Source of the DNA: Pseudomonadota bacterium
Lineage (GTDB): Bacteria > Pseudomonadota > Alphaproteobacteria > Kiloniellales > JAKSDN01
Length of the DNA: 64,000 nucleotides
NCBI GenBank assembly: GCA_039029395.1
Contig: JBCCGG010000001.1
Location: 26,974-90,973 of the forward strand
Direction of reading: 5' to 3'
In this document: piece by piece, positions 61,407 to 64,000 of the stretch
Numbering within the stretch: the first letter of the stretch is position 1
Layout: the number at the start of each line of letters is the position of its first letter
Program-made: the position numbers and the translations under genes
The notes under the pieces: generated by a model
Seen by the model: only the letters and a program-made list of their open reading frames with translations
The model's database searches: none
Told to the model about the DNA's origin: nothing

Positions 61407-62072
61407 ATGAGCGATCTGGCCCAAAGGCTCGGCCACGACTTCGCGCAGCCCGCGCTTCTGCGCCAAGCGCTGACCCATCCAAGCACGGCTGACGGCCCGA
61501 CCGACAGCTACGAGCGCCTGGAGTTCCTCGGCGACCGCGTGCTGGGCCTGATCGTTGCCGACCTCTTGATCGCCCGCTTTCCCCGAGAGCCCGAGGGTGC
61601 CCTAGCCCGGCGCTTGGCCGCCCTGGTGCGCCGCGAGGCCCTGGCCGAGGTTGCCCGCGGGCTGGAGCTCGGCGCCCACCTGGCCTTGGCCCGGCCCGAG
61701 CGTCAAGCCGGGGAGGATGACAATCCGGCGCTGCTTGCAGATGCCTGCGAGGCGGTGATCGGTGCGCTTTATCTGGATGGCGGCCTGAAGGCGGCCCGCG
61801 CCTTCGTGGAGCCCCTATGGCGGCCAAGGCTCGAAGCTGACGCACGCCCGCCCCAGGACCCTAAGACCGAGCTGCAGGAATGGGCCCAGGGCCGCGGTTT
61901 GCCCCTGCCGGATTACGACGAGATTGGGCGCAGCGGGCCGGCTCACGAGCCGCTCTTCACGGTGCAAGTGCGCGTGCAAGGCGAAGCGCCGGAGCAGGGC
62001 GAAGGCCGCTCCAAACGCCAGGCGGAACAGCAGGCCGCGGAGCGTCTTTTGGCCCGGATAAAGATAAGGTGA
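61407..62072 (+). CDS. rnc: ribonuclease III
   Basis: ERLEFLGDRVLG is the RNase III signature. A C-terminal dsRBD follows. Confidence 0.9.
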   Translation: MSDLAQRLGHDFAQPALLRQALTHPSTADGPTDSYERLEFLGDRVLGLIVADLLIARFPREPEGALARRLAALVRREALAEVARGLELGAHLALARPERQAGEDDNPALLADACEAVIGALYLDGGLKAARAFVEPLWRPRLEADARPPQDPKTELQEWAQGRGLPLPDYDEIGRSGPAHEPLFTVQVRVQGEAPEQGEGRSKRQAEQQAAERLLARIKIR

Positions 62073-62974
62073 GCGAGCCCGCCACCCGCTGCGGCTTCGT
62101 CGCCCTCTTGGGCGCCCCCAACGCCGGCAAATCGACCCTGCTGAACAGCCTGATCGGCGCCAAGGTGGCGATCGTCACGCCCAAGGTGCAGACCACCCGC
62201 AGCCGCTTGCGCGCGATCGCGATCGCGGACCAAACCCAGATCGTTTTCGTCGACACCCCCGGCATCTTCGCCCCCAAGCGGCGCCTGGAGCGCGCCATGG
62301 TGGCCTCGGCCTGGGGCGAGGCGGCCGAGGCCGACCGCCTGGTGCTGGTGGTCGACGCGGCCTTGCGCCAACCCGACCGTGACACCGCTCGGATCCTGGA
62401 CGGCTTGGCCGAACAGGGCCGCCGGGCGACCCTGGTGCTCAACAAGGTCGACAAGATCAAGCGCGCGCGCCTGTTGGAGCAGACTCAGCGGCTCAGCGAG
62501 GCGGGCGATTTCGACGAGGTTTTCATGATCTCCGCCCTGACCGGCGACGGGGTGCAGGACCTTCTGGAAAGCCTGGTCGCGGCTATGCCGGAGGGCCCCT
62601 GGCTCTACCCGGAGGACCAGCTGCTCGACATCTCCGAGCGGCTCTTCGCCGCCGAGGTGACCCGGGAAAAGCTGTTCCTGCGCCTGCACGACGAGCTGCC
62701 CTACGCGCTCACGGTCGAGACCGAAAGCTGGGAAACCCGCAAGGACGGCAGCGTGCGGATCGAACAGACCGTCTATCTGCGCCGGGACAGCCAGAAAGCG
62801 ATCGCGTTAGGCCACGGCGGGCGCACCATCAAAGCGGTGCGCGAGGCGGCCCAGGAGGAGCTGGCCGCGCATCTGGGCTGTCCGGTCCACCTCTTCCTCT
62901 TCGTCAAGGTGCGCGAGCGTTGGCAAGACGACCCGGCCCGCTACCGCACCTGGGGCCTCGACTTCGAGGCCTAG
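62069..62974 (+). CDS. era: GTPase Era
   Basis: GAPNAGKSTL, DTPG and NKVD are the G motifs. A C-terminal KH domain follows. The GTG start overlaps the rnc stop. Confidence 0.9.
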   Translation: MSEPATRCGFVALLGAPNAGKSTLLNSLIGAKVAIVTPKVQTTRSRLRAIAIADQTQIVFVDTPGIFAPKRRLERAMVASAWGEAAEADRLVLVVDAALRQPDRDTARILDGLAEQGRRATLVLNKVDKIKRARLLEQTQRLSEAGDFDEVFMISALTGDGVQDLLESLVAAMPEGPWLYPEDQLLDISERLFAAEVTREKLFLRLHDELPYALTVETESWETRKDGSVRIEQTVYLRRDSQKAIALGHGGRTIKAVREAAQEELAAHLGCPVHLFLFVKVRERWQDDPARYRTWGLDFEA

Positions 62975-62993
62975 GCAGGGCACCTTTTGCCCC

Positions 62994-63716
62994 ATGATTC
63001 AGTGGCAGGATCAAGGCATCGTGCTGACCGCCCGGCCCCACGGCGAAGCGGCGGCAGTGGTGCAGCTTATGACCCGCGACCATGGCCGACATGCGGGCCT
63101 GGTGCGCGGCGGTCAGGGCCGGCGCCAGCGCGGCGTACTGCAGGCCGGCAACCGGGTCGCGGTGACCTGGCAGGCCCGCCTGGCCGACCATCTGGGCGCC
63201 TACACGGTGGAGTTGGAGACCAGCTATGCCGCCCGGGTGCTGGACGATCCGTCGCGCCTGGCCGCCCTCTTGGCGGCGACCGCCGTGCTCGAGCGCGCCC
63301 TGCCCGAGCGGGAATCCCATCCGGCTTGCTTCGAGGGGCTGCTGGCCTTGCTCGAGGGGCTGCCGGGCGACCATTGGGCCGAGACCTACGTGGTCTGGGA
63401 GCTGGCGCTTTTGAAGGAGCTCGGCTACGGCCTCGACCTGGAGCGCTGCGCGGCGGGTGGCGCCAACGACCAGCTTGCCTACGTCAGCCCGCGCAGCGGC
63501 CGGGCGGTGTCGCTCGCCGCCGGCGAGCCCTACCGGGAGCGCCTGCTCGGATTGCCGGGCTTCCTGATCGGCCAGGGCGACGGCGGCACGGAAGAGGTGG
63601 CCCAGGGCTTGCGTCTCACCGGGTTCTTCCTGGAGCGCTTCGTCTTTGGCCCCCAGGACCGCCCCCTGCCGAGCCCCCGTCAACGTCTCGCCGCGCGCCT
63701 GGAGGCGCCCTCATGA
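62994..63716 (+). CDS. recO: DNA repair protein RecO
   Basis: The ORF starts MIQWQDQGIVLTARPHGE and has an OB-fold N-terminus. It holds the conserved position after era. Confidence 0.85.
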   Translation: MIQWQDQGIVLTARPHGEAAAVVQLMTRDHGRHAGLVRGGQGRRQRGVLQAGNRVAVTWQARLADHLGAYTVELETSYAARVLDDPSRLAALLAATAVLERALPERESHPACFEGLLALLEGLPGDHWAETYVVWELALLKELGYGLDLERCAAGGANDQLAYVSPRSGRAVSLAAGEPYRERLLGLPGFLIGQGDGGTEEVAQGLRLTGFFLERFVFGPQDRPLPSPRQRLAARLEAPS

Positions 63717-64000
63717 CCAATCCGAATATCATCCGCTGCAGCTGGGCCGGCGACGATCCGCTTTATCAGGCCTACCACGACGAAGAATGGGGCCGTCCGG
63801 AGCACGATGAGCGGCGCCTCTTCGAGATGCTGATCCTAGAGGGCGCCCAGGCCGGACTTGCCTGGATCACGATCCTGAGGAAGCGAGAGGGTTACCGCAA
63901 AGCCTTCGACGGCTTCGATCCGGCCAAGATCGCCCGCTACGGCAAACGCCAGGAAGCCCGCCTGCTGGCCGATGCCGGCATCGTGCGCAACCGGGCCAAG
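63713..64000 (+). CDS. tag: DNA-3-methyladenine glycosylase I, N-terminal ~96 aa only (the C-terminus runs off the window)
   Basis: CSWAGDDPLYQAYHDEEWGRPEHDERRLFEMLILEGAQAGLAWITIL is canonical Tag. Confidence 0.8.
   Translation, partial: MTNPNIIRCSWAGDDPLYQAYHDEEWGRPEHDERRLFEMLILEGAQAGLAWITILRKREGYRKAFDGFDPAKIARYGKRQEARLLADAGIVRNRAK

Overview
This is a high-GC (roughly 65-68%) chromosomal core segment from an alphaproteobacterium, with Rhodospirillales-like gene content and order. It is densely packed with housekeeping operons:
- fabH-plsX-rpmF-yceD at the left end
- nrdR-ribD-ribE-ribH-nusB-thiL
- the membrane H+-pyrophosphatase hppA
- purEK
- a TPP-riboswitch-controlled thiOSGE operon
- cysD-cysNC
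- dapA-smpB
- rpoZ-rsh(spoT)-DUF2062-acpS-lepB-rnc-era-recO-tag at the right end

I found no phage, transposase, integrase, CRISPR array or rRNA. The stretches that depart from the ordinary are:
- An AT-rich islet at about 29.6-31.4 kb. It carries a PEP-CTERM-like secreted protein and an atypical tRNA-like element: a cloverleaf with a Phe anticodon (GAA) but a long variable arm and no encoded CCA.
- A minus-strand cluster at 15.6-20.1 kb: small secreted protein, cytochrome c, OmpR-type response regulator and a roughly 930-aa PAS/GAF hybrid sensor kinase. The cytochrome c ORF has no canonical in-frame start codon.
- Two candidate pseudogenes: a threonine/serine dehydratase with an in-frame TAG, and a frameshifted rlmJ.
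- Tandem GGTTCG..CGAAC hairpin repeats upstream of an M23 peptidase gene.
- Two large uncharacterised membrane/secreted proteins of 576 and 892 aa. The second is apparently coupled to the thiamine operon.

Every call below comes from reading the ORF translations and the raw sequence. No database searches were run.
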